Source: Propionibacteriaceae bacterium (GTDB taxonomy: Bacteria > Actinomycetota > Actinomycetes > Propionibacteriales > Propionibacteriaceae). Taken from it: a stretch of DNA of 32,000 nt. Where the stretch lies: contig JAIRQE010000007.1 of assembly GCA_031256725.1 (NCBI GenBank), forward strand, positions 1 to 32,000, in the 5' to 3' direction. The number at the start of each line of letters is the position of its first letter. Position 1 is the first letter of the stretch. This document shows positions 1-9,708 of this stretch, piece by piece. Position numbers and translations under genes: made by a program. Under the pieces are notes generated by a model. That model made no database searches. It was not told the origin of the DNA and saw nothing but the letters and a program-made list of their open reading frames with translations.

Positions 1-935
1 CTGTCGGACATATTGATGATGCAGCAGACACAATCCGGGGTGTCACGAATACGTTGGATACTATCAAGAGTGTTGATAAAGCCAGTGACACAGCCACTGC
101 GATTAGGAATGCGGATAAGGCGGGTGAGGCGGCTACCGTGTCGAAAGTTGATACGGGTACGTCACCGTCGCAAGTCAATAGTGTGAAGCCGTCGTCGTGT
201 TTGAGGTCGTTTACGGCGGATACTCCTGTGTTGATGGGGGATGGTACCCGGAAACCGATTGGGGATATCCAGACTGGTGATAGTGTTACCGCGTTTGATC
301 CTGGTACGGGTGTTCAATCTGTTGAAACTGTGACCGCAACCTGGCCTCATGGGGACACTGTTGTCACTCTCACTTTGGGTGATGGTACGACTATTGACAC
401 CACAGCCTCACATCCGTGGTGGGTGGAAAACAAGCGGGCGTATATTCGTACAGACCATTTAGAACCAGGTGACCTGCTGCTTACAGCGGATGGGTCGACA
501 CTCACCGTTGAGAGGATGTCACGGCCTCAGGGTGAGGAATTGGTATATAACCTCACCGTCACCGGACCACATACGTACTATGTGGGTGAAGAAAGCCTGC
601 TGGTACATAATACTGCGGGTGATTGTTCGATAGTGCCAGACAATGCCGTTGTGGTTATTGGAGGTACTAAGGATGTACCTGCACCTGGAATAGTGTTTAG
701 TGGGTCTTTTGGAGCAACCTTAGATGAAGCTGCTGCGGCTGTGCCTCATGGACAACTTCGAGCTACTACAGCAGGAGAGATTAGGCAAGGTGGTGGGACT
801 GTAGTGTCCGTACCTGAACCTACGCGTAGCGGCCAAATCAATGAGTACCATGTTGATATTTGCTTAGGGGTAGGGGCGTGCCAGATTAGTGATCTTCAGG
901 CTAATCCAATACCAAAATTAGATAGGATTAGTTAA
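1..935 (+). CDS. C-terminal portion of a large polymorphic toxin (5' end outside the window): helical linker, Hint/intein-like pretoxin domain, ~107-aa unassigned C-terminal tip
   Basis: The frame is open from nt 3, with no stop before the TTG listed at 54, so the ORF enters from the left edge. Hint blocks are present: CLRSFTADTPVLMGDG (Cys codon 198-200), TASHPWW, YNLTVTGPHTYYV and LLVHN followed by T (Asn codon 609-611). Stop TAA at 933-935. Confidence 0.75.
   Translation, partial: VGHIDDAADTIRGVTNTLDTIKSVDKASDTATAIRNADKAGEAATVSKVDTGTSPSQVNSVKPSSCLRSFTADTPVLMGDGTRKPIGDIQTGDSVTAFDPGTGVQSVETVTATWPHGDTVVTLTLGDGTTIDTTASHPWWVENKRAYIRTDHLEPGDLLLTADGSTLTVERMSRPQGEELVYNLTVTGPHTYYVGEESLLVHNTAGDCSIVPDNAVVVIGGTKDVPAPGIVFSGSFGATLDEAAAAVPHGQLRATTAGEIRQGGGTVVSVPEPTRSGQINEYHVDICLGVGACQISDLQANPIPKLDRIS
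198..611 (+). other. Hint (hedgehog/intein-like, PT-HINT type) domain inside the toxin ORF
   Basis: N-terminal nucleophile Cys, a TxxH-type block (TASH), and a C-terminal HN dipeptide followed by Thr. The domain is ~138 aa, the size of mini-intein-like bacterial Hint domains. Confidence 0.75.
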
Positions 936-1252
936 TGAAATGGATTCCCATAACCTACTATGAGTTCTATGATTGTCCACGCTTATTCATCGCGGAGTGG
1001 AATGGTGCACTGTTTATATTTGACTGTCCATTCAGTGATAGTTTTGATGAATATCCTGAATACTATTCAGTCTATCGTTTATCTTTAGATGTATATTCAG
1101 TAAGTAGTCTTTCGGAAGTGTTGTCGGTAATTGTTTCTGAGGCCCCATGTTGTGAAGTGGCGGTGTGTGAGGTTGTGTTTGACGAATCCAGGCGAAGGGC
1201 CATTGGAAGAGATGTACTTCGGAGGGTATCCATCAAATGTAGTAGTATCTAA
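935..1252 (+). CDS. putative cognate immunity protein (105 aa, acidic, aromatic-rich)
   Basis: Its ATG shares one nucleotide with the toxin stop (TAATG at 933-937). It is small, sits immediately 3' of a toxin tip, and is markedly AT-rich: 42% and 33% G+C in the two 60-nt lines I counted, against 57% in a clpB line. I recognise no homology. Confidence 0.5.
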   Translation: MKWIPITYYEFYDCPRLFIAEWNGALFIFDCPFSDSFDEYPEYYSVYRLSLDVYSVSSLSEVLSVIVSEAPCCEVAVCEVVFDESRRRAIGRDVLRRVSIKCSSI

Positions 1253-1474
1253 TTTGTAGTTGTCTCCGAATTCCTGTCACGAGTCACGATCTAATGATCG
1301 GACATGCTTCTAATCAAGCCATCGTGGTGGACAGGGTCGGTGTCGGCCCCTCGTCACACTGGACATGCCGGACACAACACATATTCACGGTGAAGAGATT
1401 GGAGAGTCACACCGCAACGAGACGACCCACACCAATCCTGCCAGCCAGCCCCAGGCAAGTGAAAGGAAATCACA

Positions 1475-1735
1475 ATGGTCATACTAAGTGATGAAGAAGA
1501 AAAGAGACTATGGCGGGAGCGTTGGAATCGATCTGAGGTTCTGGTTGAGGAAGCGAGACAATATTTTGATGCGGACTCTTTGGAACAGGTTGATAGCTAT
1601 CTTTATCACGCTGGAGATACTGTAGACGCCCTATACGAATTAGTTCGCGAAATTGCATTCGAAGGTGGCGGTGGGGTCTATCGGCTAAACGGTGTAAGTG
1701 GCTCTATTTGCCCTGTTGGGCGGAAGGAGTCGTGA
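1475..1735 (+). CDS. small acidic hypothetical protein (86 aa), possibly an orphan immunity-type gene
   Basis: ATG is preceded by gaaaggaaa (AAGGA about 8 nt upstream). The predicted protein is helical and acidic, and it lies downstream of the toxin/immunity pair. No motif recognised. Confidence 0.35.
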   Translation: MVILSDEEEKRLWRERWNRSEVLVEEARQYFDADSLEQVDSYLYHAGDTVDALYELVREIAFEGGGGVYRLNGVSGSICPVGRKES

Positions 1736-1872
1736 TGACTGCAACACTTGTGGTTATGGAAACCTACTTAAAGTCCACAACTTTGGTACGGTCCTCGGGT
1801 TTCGAGCGAGTTTTATGAACTTACGTACGCGTGATGCGATAGCGGGTACGGTAGGGTTGGGTTTGGGTACTT

Positions 1873-2910
1873 ATGGCATTGGAGCCGGTACGAAAGGCAG
1901 GGATTGTGAACCCAGTACAGGATCTCGCTGAAGGTGTTTTTCAGGGTAATCGTCGACAGATTGCACGCGCAATCACCCTGGTGGAATCCATGCGAATGGA
2001 GGATCGGGTGAAGGCTCGAGAACTGCTCGGAATCCTGAGGGAACGCCCCACATCGGCAGTACGCATAGGTGTCACAGGGGTGCCAGGTGCTGGAAAATCC
2101 ACTTTCATTGACGCCATTGGGGTCAAGCTCATCGAGTTGGGGAAGAAGGTCGCTGTCCTTGCTGTAGACCCATCCTCATCCAAGACTGGCGGATCTATCT
2201 TGGGTGACCGTACCCGTATGGGGGCTCTCGCTGTTTCCGATGATGCCTTCATTCGCCCCTCGCCCTCGGGAAATCATCTCGGCGGTGTCGCCAGAGCCAC
2301 CCGCGAATCCATGCTCGTCGTTGAAGCAGCAGGTTATGATGTCGTCCTCGTCGAAACTGTAGGTGTCGGCCAATCCGAGGTCGCTGTTGCTGGGATGGTC
2401 GATACTTTCCTCCTCGTCACGCTTGCCCGAGCAGGTGATCAACTCCAGGGGATCAAGAAGGGGATCCTGGAGATGGCCGACATCATCACTGTCAATAAAG
2501 CCGATGGTGACAATGAAGCAGCCGCCAGGGTTGCCGCCCGTGAACTCACCACAGCCATGAAGCTCATTACTGCTGACCCTAAAGCCCGTCGCCCACCCGT
2601 TCTCACGTCCTCCTCCTACACTGGCATGGGTCTCATGGATCTGTGGGCTGCCATCCTCGACCATCGCGAGTACCTTCAAAGTACAGGCGGACTCAACGCA
2701 AGAAGGGCGCGCCAACAACGCGACTGGATGTGGTCCCTGGTCGATGATGAACTCCTGGAATCTGTACGTCAAACCCAGGCTGTCAAGGTATTACGCCATG
2801 AATTAGAGCAGCAAGTCATGGACGGTACCACCTCTGCCATGGAAGCCGCCCAGGAGGTACTCACGACCTTCGCCGCCAATCTCCCACCTACCTGGATGGA
2901 TGAGGATTAG
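1873..2910 (+). CDS. meaB: methylmalonyl-CoA mutase-associated GTPase MeaB/ArgK
   Basis: P-loop GVTGVPGAGKST, plus VLAVDPSSSKTGGSILGDRTRM, ETVGVGQSE and the NKAD G4 motif. It is colinear with mycobacterial MeaB as I remember it. The start is uncertain: ATG 1873 or in-frame GTG 1906. Confidence 0.9.
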   Translation: MALEPVRKAGIVNPVQDLAEGVFQGNRRQIARAITLVESMRMEDRVKARELLGILRERPTSAVRIGVTGVPGAGKSTFIDAIGVKLIELGKKVAVLAVDPSSSKTGGSILGDRTRMGALAVSDDAFIRPSPSGNHLGGVARATRESMLVVEAAGYDVVLVETVGVGQSEVAVAGMVDTFLLVTLARAGDQLQGIKKGILEMADIITVNKADGDNEAAARVAARELTTAMKLITADPKARRPPVLTSSSYTGMGLMDLWAAILDHREYLQSTGGLNARRARQQRDWMWSLVDDELLESVRQTQAVKVLRHELEQQVMDGTTSAMEAAQEVLTTFAANLPPTWMDED

Positions 2911-2934
2911 CCCCCTGATTTTCCCCTGAGGGGA

Positions 2935-2963
2935 GTGGTGTCTGTGGACACTCTTGTTCACTC
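2935..2963. repeat. copy 1 of a 29-nt exact repeat (gtggtgtctgtggacactcttgttcactc)
   Basis: Base-for-base identical to 29065-29093 by direct comparison. The flanks diverge on both sides. Confidence 0.9.
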
Positions 2964-2971
2964 GTACTAAA

Positions 2972-2992
2972 CTTGAGTCTAGTACGCTCAAC
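2972..2992. promoter_or_regulatory. HAIR-like (HspR-associated inverted repeat) operator upstream of clpB
   Basis: The sequence CTTGAGT-ctagtac-GCTCAAC compares with the consensus CTTGAGT-N7-ACTCAAG. The left half is perfect and the right half matches 5 of 7. It lies 25 nt upstream of the clpB ATG and is nested in a perfect 7-bp inverted repeat, CGTACTA (2963-2969) / TAGTACG (2980-2986). Confidence 0.5.
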
Positions 2993-3016
2993 TTTTGGAC
3001 ACATTCAAGGAGTGAC

Positions 3017-5596
3017 ATGGATACCGAAAAGCTCACCGCGATGAGCCGGGATGCCTATAGTGCGGCAACGAGGATTGCTTTGACGAATGGGAACCCGGCT
3101 GTTGAACCTGCGCACCTACTCTCGGCGCTGCTCTTGATTCCAGACAATACGGTCACCCCACTCCTGGCTAGCCTCGGCGGGGATCCGGAAGAGATCGGGA
3201 ACCAGGCCAAGCAGATGATCGCCAAACTTCCCTCAGCATCTGGGTCCTCTGTGGCACAACCAACCCTGTCAGGTGGTCTAGCTAGAGCGATGGCCGAGGC
3301 TGAGACCCAGGCCCAGAAGATGGCTGATCAGTACGTCGCGACTGAGCATCTTCTCATTGGTCTAGCAGCAACCCAATCACCAGTACAACAAATCCTCGCC
3401 GAGCGCGGTATCACCGCCGAGAAGCTGATTGAATCATTCAACGAGAAACGCGGTGGCAAGAGGGTCACCTCGGCTGCTTCAGAGGGTGGGGAATCGGCCC
3501 TCGACAAGTACTCAGTCGATCTCACTGAACAAGCCCGAGACGGCAAACTTGACCCAGTTATTGGTCGTGACGCCGAGATCCGTCGTATCGTACAGGTCCT
3601 TGCGCGTCGTACCAAAAACAATCCGGTGATCATTGGTGAACCTGGGGTGGGGAAGACCGCTGTCGTGGATGGGTTAGCTCAAAGGATCGTTGCGGGGGAC
3701 GTACCTGACTCTCTCAAAGGCCGACGCCTGGTTGCGCTAGACCTGGCATCCATGGTGGCGGGAGCCAAATTCCGCGGAGAATTCGAGGAGAGGTTCAAGG
3801 CTGTACTCAATGAGATTCGCGAGGGCGAAGGCCAGGTCATCACCTTCATTGATGAGCTTCACACCCTCGTCGGAACGGGCGCATCCGGGGATTCAGCCAT
3901 GGATGCCGGAAATATGATCAAGCCCATGTTGGCCCGCGGCGAACTGCGAATGATTGGCGCCACAACTCTTGATGAATACCGTGAACACATCGAAAAAGAC
4001 CCTGCGCTTGAGCGCCGTTTTCAACAGGTATACGTCGGGGAGCCCTCCGTTGAGGACACTATCGCGATCCTGCGTGGGCTAAGGGAGAGGTACGAAGCCC
4101 ATCACAAGGTACGTATCACCGACTCTGCTCTCGTTGCCGCAGCAACCCTCTCTCATAGGTACATCACCTCAAGACAACTGCCTGACAAGGCCATTGACCT
4201 CGTTGATGAGGCTGCCTCACGGCTACGCATGGAGATCGATTCCTCCCCAGAGGACATCGACGAATTGCGTCGACAGGTGGACAGAATGACCATGCAGCAG
4301 TTCGCCTTGGAGAAGGAGGATGACCCGAGTTCCATCGAAAGGCTTCACCGACTCCAGTCAGATCTGGCCGATCATAAGGAGAAGCTGCGTGCTCTCGAAA
4401 CTAAATGGGAGGCAGAAAAGTCGGGCCTCAACGAGGTGGGTGACGTCAAGGAAACCATCGATCGTGTACGCATTGAAGCCGACAGGGCTCAACGTGAAGG
4501 CGACCTCACCAGGGCATCCGAGTTGCTGTACTCCGAACTGCCGAAACTTGAGGCACGATTGGCTGCTGCTGCCGAAGCCAAGAGCAGCTACACCATGGTT
4601 TCTGAGGAGGTCGGATCCCATGACATCGCTGAGGTGGTCTCTGCGTGGACAGGGATCCCTGTGGGCAAGATGCTTCAAGGTGAATCCGAGAAACTCCTCG
4701 ATATGGAGGCCGTGATCGGCAAACGCCTCATAGGTCAAGATTCCGCTGTGGCTACGATTGCTGATGCGGTACGAAGGGCCCGAGCTGGTATTTCTGACCC
4801 GAATCGGCCCACCGGCTCCTTTCTGTTTCTGGGTCCGACTGGCGTGGGGAAGACAGAGTTGGCTAAGTCTTTGGCAGAGTTCCTCTTTGATGATGAGCAC
4901 GCCATGATCCGCATCGATATGAGTGAGTACTCAGAGAAACACTCGGTGTCGCGTTTGGTGGGTGCCCCTCCTGGGTATGTCGGATATGACCAGGGTGGTC
5001 AACTTACTGAGGCAGTACGACGTCGCCCCTATTCCGTGGTGCTCCTAGATGAGGTTGAGAAGGCGAATCCTGAGGTCTTCAACATCCTCTTGCAGGTCCT
5101 TGATGATGGTCGCCTGACCGATGGACAGGGTCGTACTGTTGACTTCCGCAACACCATTCTGATTATGACCAGCAATATTGGTTCACAGTTCCTTACCGAG
5201 TTGACCCTTGAACCTGAGGAGCAACGCGAATCTGTGATGACTGCGGTACGAATGATTTTCAAACCGGAGTTTCTCAACAGGCTTGATGACATCGTTATGT
5301 TTGAGCCGCTGACGAGGGAGGATCTCGCGAAGATCGTTGTCATTAACCTGACTCGTCTCAATAAGCGCCTTGCTGATCGCAGGATCACAGTTGAGGTGAC
5401 TGGTGCTGCTCGCGAATGGTTGGGGACAACCGGGTTCGATCCGATCTATGGCGCTAGACCGCTGCGTCGTCTCATCCAGACAGTGATCGAAGATCCCTTG
5501 GCGCGGATGGTACTTTCGGGTGAAGTGACTGATTCCCAGACCGTACTCTTCGATGTGAATGAATCCGGTGACGGGTTGGACATCCTTGAAGATTAG
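3017..5596 (+). CDS. clpB: ATP-dependent chaperone/disaggregase ClpB
   Basis: Two AAA+ modules (GEPGVGKT and GPTGVGKT Walker A), a long coiled-coil middle domain, and a Clp N-domain. I chose ATG 3017 because AAGGAG lies at 3007-3012. The track start at 2954 adds 21 non-conserved residues. Confidence 0.97.
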   Translation: MDTEKLTAMSRDAYSAATRIALTNGNPAVEPAHLLSALLLIPDNTVTPLLASLGGDPEEIGNQAKQMIAKLPSASGSSVAQPTLSGGLARAMAEAETQAQKMADQYVATEHLLIGLAATQSPVQQILAERGITAEKLIESFNEKRGGKRVTSAASEGGESALDKYSVDLTEQARDGKLDPVIGRDAEIRRIVQVLARRTKNNPVIIGEPGVGKTAVVDGLAQRIVAGDVPDSLKGRRLVALDLASMVAGAKFRGEFEERFKAVLNEIREGEGQVITFIDELHTLVGTGASGDSAMDAGNMIKPMLARGELRMIGATTLDEYREHIEKDPALERRFQQVYVGEPSVEDTIAILRGLRERYEAHHKVRITDSALVAAATLSHRYITSRQLPDKAIDLVDEAASRLRMEIDSSPEDIDELRRQVDRMTMQQFALEKEDDPSSIERLHRLQSDLADHKEKLRALETKWEAEKSGLNEVGDVKETIDRVRIEADRAQREGDLTRASELLYSELPKLEARLAAAAEAKSSYTMVSEEVGSHDIAEVVSAWTGIPVGKMLQGESEKLLDMEAVIGKRLIGQDSAVATIADAVRRARAGISDPNRPTGSFLFLGPTGVGKTELAKSLAEFLFDDEHAMIRIDMSEYSEKHSVSRLVGAPPGYVGYDQGGQLTEAVRRRPYSVVLLDEVEKANPEVFNILLQVLDDGRLTDGQGRTVDFRNTILIMTSNIGSQFLTELTLEPEEQRESVMTAVRMIFKPEFLNRLDDIVMFEPLTREDLAKIVVINLTRLNKRLADRRITVEVTGAAREWLGTTGFDPIYGARPLRRLIQTVIEDPLARMVLSGEVTDSQTVLFDVNESGDGLDILED

Positions 5597-5622
5597 AGAA
5601 CTGGGAACGTGACATATGACGG

Positions 5623-5712
5623 TGTCAGGGGACGTATCTCTTGACACATCATCTTTCATTATTCAAGGAATTCTCGGATCTGAAAATGTGTCAAGAGATA
5701 CGTCCCCTGACA
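5623..5712. repeat. 27-bp perfect inverted repeat with a 36-nt AT-rich spacer
   Basis: Arm 5623-5649 (tgtcaggggacgtatctcttgacacat) is the exact reverse complement of arm 5686-5712. It lies in the clpB-asd intergenic region. Confidence 0.9.
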
Positions 5713-5796
5713 TCGACAGACAACCCCTGACACCCGACACGTCCTGGTGTCATGTCGACCGTCCTTGACCCAAGTGGTACTGATTCTGGAAGGTGA

Positions 5797-7658
<1,862 letters not shown>

Positions 7659-7774
7659 AGGTATGCTGCTATCCGCGTTTGGATCATGCACTGCTTCACG
7701 ATAGGATCAGAAGTCGGTCGGCGCAAGGTCGGTCGCATTAACGTGTGTGGGTTCTCCCTCGAGGAAGGTCAACA

Positions 7775-7876
7775 GTGGGTTCGGTCATCAAAAAGCGCCG
7801 TAAGCGCATGGCGAAGAAGAAGCACCGCAAACTGCTGAAGAAGACGCGTATCCAGCGTCGTCGAGCAGGTCGCTAA
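7775..7876 (+). CDS. 30S ribosomal protein bS22 (33 aa, highly basic; mycobacterial Rv0500B-type)
   Basis: It is not in the ORF track because it is too short. GTG at 7775 follows gaggaagg (7761-7768). Translation is [33 protein letters not shown], with stop TAA at 7874-7876. Its position just downstream of proC matches mycobacterial synteny as I recall it. Confidence 0.85.
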   Translation: MGSVIKKRRKRMAKKKHRKLLKKTRIQRRRAGR

Positions 7877-7914
7877 TTACAGCGGCAGAACGCGAGAGCG
7901 CCATAGGGGGTCCT

Positions 7915-8550
7915 ATGTCCATCGTTCATGTTATGCGCCACGGGCAGGTAGATAACCCCCAAGGTGTCCTCTACGAACGTCTCCCCGATTTCCATCTCAG
8001 CGAACTCGGACGCCAAATGGCGGTTCAGTCGTCCGCTTTCTTTGCTGAGCTTCCGATCACGCATCTGCGTTGCTCGCCCCTGGAACGTACGAGGGAAACC
8101 ATGAAACCCGTGGCAGCACTCTTCCCCAAACTTGAGGTTGTCATCGACCCCCAGGTCATTGAGGCTGGCAACAAGTTCGTTGGCCAGATCATGGGATCCA
8201 CTGGCCAGGCAGCCAAAAATCCCAAGAACTGGCCGATGCTTCTCAACCCCTTCCGCCCAAGCTGGGGTGAGGCGTACGCTGCGATAGCCGACCGCATGAC
8301 GACAGCCATCCTGGAGGCTGCGGAAGTCGTCGGCGAGAATGGTCAAGCGGTCATTGTCTCCCATCAACTCCCTATTTGGGTTGCCCGCCAACGCGCCGAA
8401 GGCAAGAAACTGTGGCATGATCCCCGCAAGCGGCAATGCACTCTGGCGTCGATCACGAGCTTCTACATCACCGATGGTCAGATCACCAAAGTTGAGTATG
8501 CTGAACCCTCAGCCGATCTGCTTCCTCAGGGTCCCAAATTCGGATTCTAG
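7915..8550 (+). CDS. histidine phosphatase family protein (phosphoglycerate mutase-like)
   Basis: N-terminal VMRHGQ catalytic RHG motif, SPLERTRET, and a distal SHQ histidine. Confidence 0.85.
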   Translation: MSIVHVMRHGQVDNPQGVLYERLPDFHLSELGRQMAVQSSAFFAELPITHLRCSPLERTRETMKPVAALFPKLEVVIDPQVIEAGNKFVGQIMGSTGQAAKNPKNWPMLLNPFRPSWGEAYAAIADRMTTAILEAAEVVGENGQAVIVSHQLPIWVARQRAEGKKLWHDPRKRQCTLASITSFYITDGQITKVEYAEPSADLLPQGPKFGF

Positions 8551-8589
8551 AGTTTTGTTCACAGCCCTCCATAGGGAAAACTAGTACCA

Positions 8590-9207
8590 ATGACTGAGCC
8601 GATTCTACGAAGGCGGATGACCGCTGCTGAACGCCGAGACCAACTCATCGGTGTGGCCCTCACATGTTTTGCCGAAAAAGGATTCGACGGTACCTCTATC
8701 GAAGAGATCGCCGCGAGGGCAGAAGTCTCCAAACCAGTCATCTACGAACACTTCGGTGGGAAAGAGGGGCTGTATGCTGTCGTCGTCGACCGTGAAGTAA
8801 ACACACTTCTCAAGGTACTGCGCGGAGCCGTCATCGACCCTGATCTTGGGTCCCGCCGCCTGATAGAACTTGGTACCCTTGCCCTGCTTGACTATATTGA
8901 AGCATCCCCTGAAGGATTCCAGATCATCATGAGGGACTCCTCCGAACTTGGTGGATCCGGGTTCGCTTCCATTTTGAATGATGTGATCGTACGCGTTGAA
9001 GGGTTGCTGATTCCCAAGTTTGAGAAAATGGGATTCGAGGCTAAGGCAGTGCCCTTGATCGCTCAAGCGTTGACTGGGCTTGTGGCTATGACTGGGCAAT
9101 GGTGGTTAGATAACCCTGAGTACTCCAAGGAGGAGGTGGTGTCCTATCTTGTCAACATGGCATGGAACGGGATGCATCACCTTGAGACTGACTTCCATCT
9201 GTCCTGA
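8590..9207 (+). CDS. TetR/AcrR family transcriptional regulator
   Basis: N-terminal HTH region RRDQLIGVALTCFAEKGFDGTSIEEIAARAEVSKPVIYEHFGGKEGLY. Confidence 0.9.
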   Translation: MTEPILRRRMTAAERRDQLIGVALTCFAEKGFDGTSIEEIAARAEVSKPVIYEHFGGKEGLYAVVVDREVNTLLKVLRGAVIDPDLGSRRLIELGTLALLDYIEASPEGFQIIMRDSSELGGSGFASILNDVIVRVEGLLIPKFEKMGFEAKAVPLIAQALTGLVAMTGQWWLDNPEYSKEEVVSYLVNMAWNGMHHLETDFHLS

Positions 9208-9270
9208 ATTACGTCATCAGTTTGTGTGAAGTCGCAGAATCCAGTACGCATTTATGTGAAATAGGTAGAG

Positions 9271-9293
9271 GGCGGAGTGCATTCACCGCCTTT
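9271..9293 (+). terminator. candidate intrinsic terminator after the TetR gene
   Basis: GGCGG (9271-9275) pairs with CCGCC (9286-9290), followed by TTT. The stem is short and the U-tract weak. Confidence 0.3.
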
Positions 9294-9336
9294 ACCAATA
9301 CTGAAGCAGAAACCATCTACTATGATATTCATGACA

Positions 9337-9360
9337 GCGTTCTAGCAGAAGCTAGAACGC
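9337..9360. repeat. perfect 10-bp stem with a 4-nt loop (gcgttctagc-agaa-gctagaacgc)
   Basis: Read directly from the sequence. No U-tract follows, so its function is unknown. Confidence 0.8.
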
Positions 9361-9708
9361 AACACTAAACACTCTCCGGACTTGCCGGGGGATTCAGATC
9401 TCCGCAGGATGGTTGATAGTGGGTTCGCTCCATTTTAGTGCCACCCATTTTAATGTAGATGCCACTAAAACGGTACTGGATGCTGTGAAGCGGAGATTCA
9501 TGGAAATCCTGATGAGATAAGAACAGGGTTCAACTGGGAATGTAAAGGTGTCTTTCCAAAGGTTCGAGTATCAAGAAATGCAGCGAGTTCTAGATGTGAT
9601 TGCGGTATATCTGGAGGATCTCTAAAACTTCCTCGACTTATTTGTGCTTATGGGTATACTTTATCTTCATAAGGTATACTAATCCGCACAAAGTGAGTGG
9701 AGAGGGTG

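Noticed and set aside
2176-2772. Long antisense or off-frame ORFs inside confirmed genes: 2176-2772, 4358-4900, 12265-12852, 24564-25097 and 27525-28052 on the minus strand, plus 23355-24014 and 13147-13635 on the plus strand
   Set aside because: All lie wholly within genes that have strong family signatures. Their translations are Arg/Pro/Ser/His-rich, as expected for wrong frames. None has an SD sequence or a recognisable domain.
2954-3016. 21-codon N-terminal extension of clpB as listed in the ORF track
   Set aside because: The extension would run through the HAIR-like operator. ATG 3017 has a consensus AAGGAG at the correct spacing, and the ClpB N-domain homology begins there.
5183-5659. 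158-codon minus-strand ORF spanning the clpB 3' end and the left arm of the inverted repeat
   Set aside because: It is mostly antisense to clpB. Its apparent N-terminus is simply the inverted-repeat arm read in frame, and no start signals are present.
9415-9445. tRNA-like fragment (gtgggttcgctcca), considered as a possible integration att site
   Set aside because: The flanks cannot form a 5-bp T-stem (AGTGG against CCATT has a mismatch and the loop is wrong). No acceptor stem or CCA context is present. I saw no tRNA anywhere in the window.
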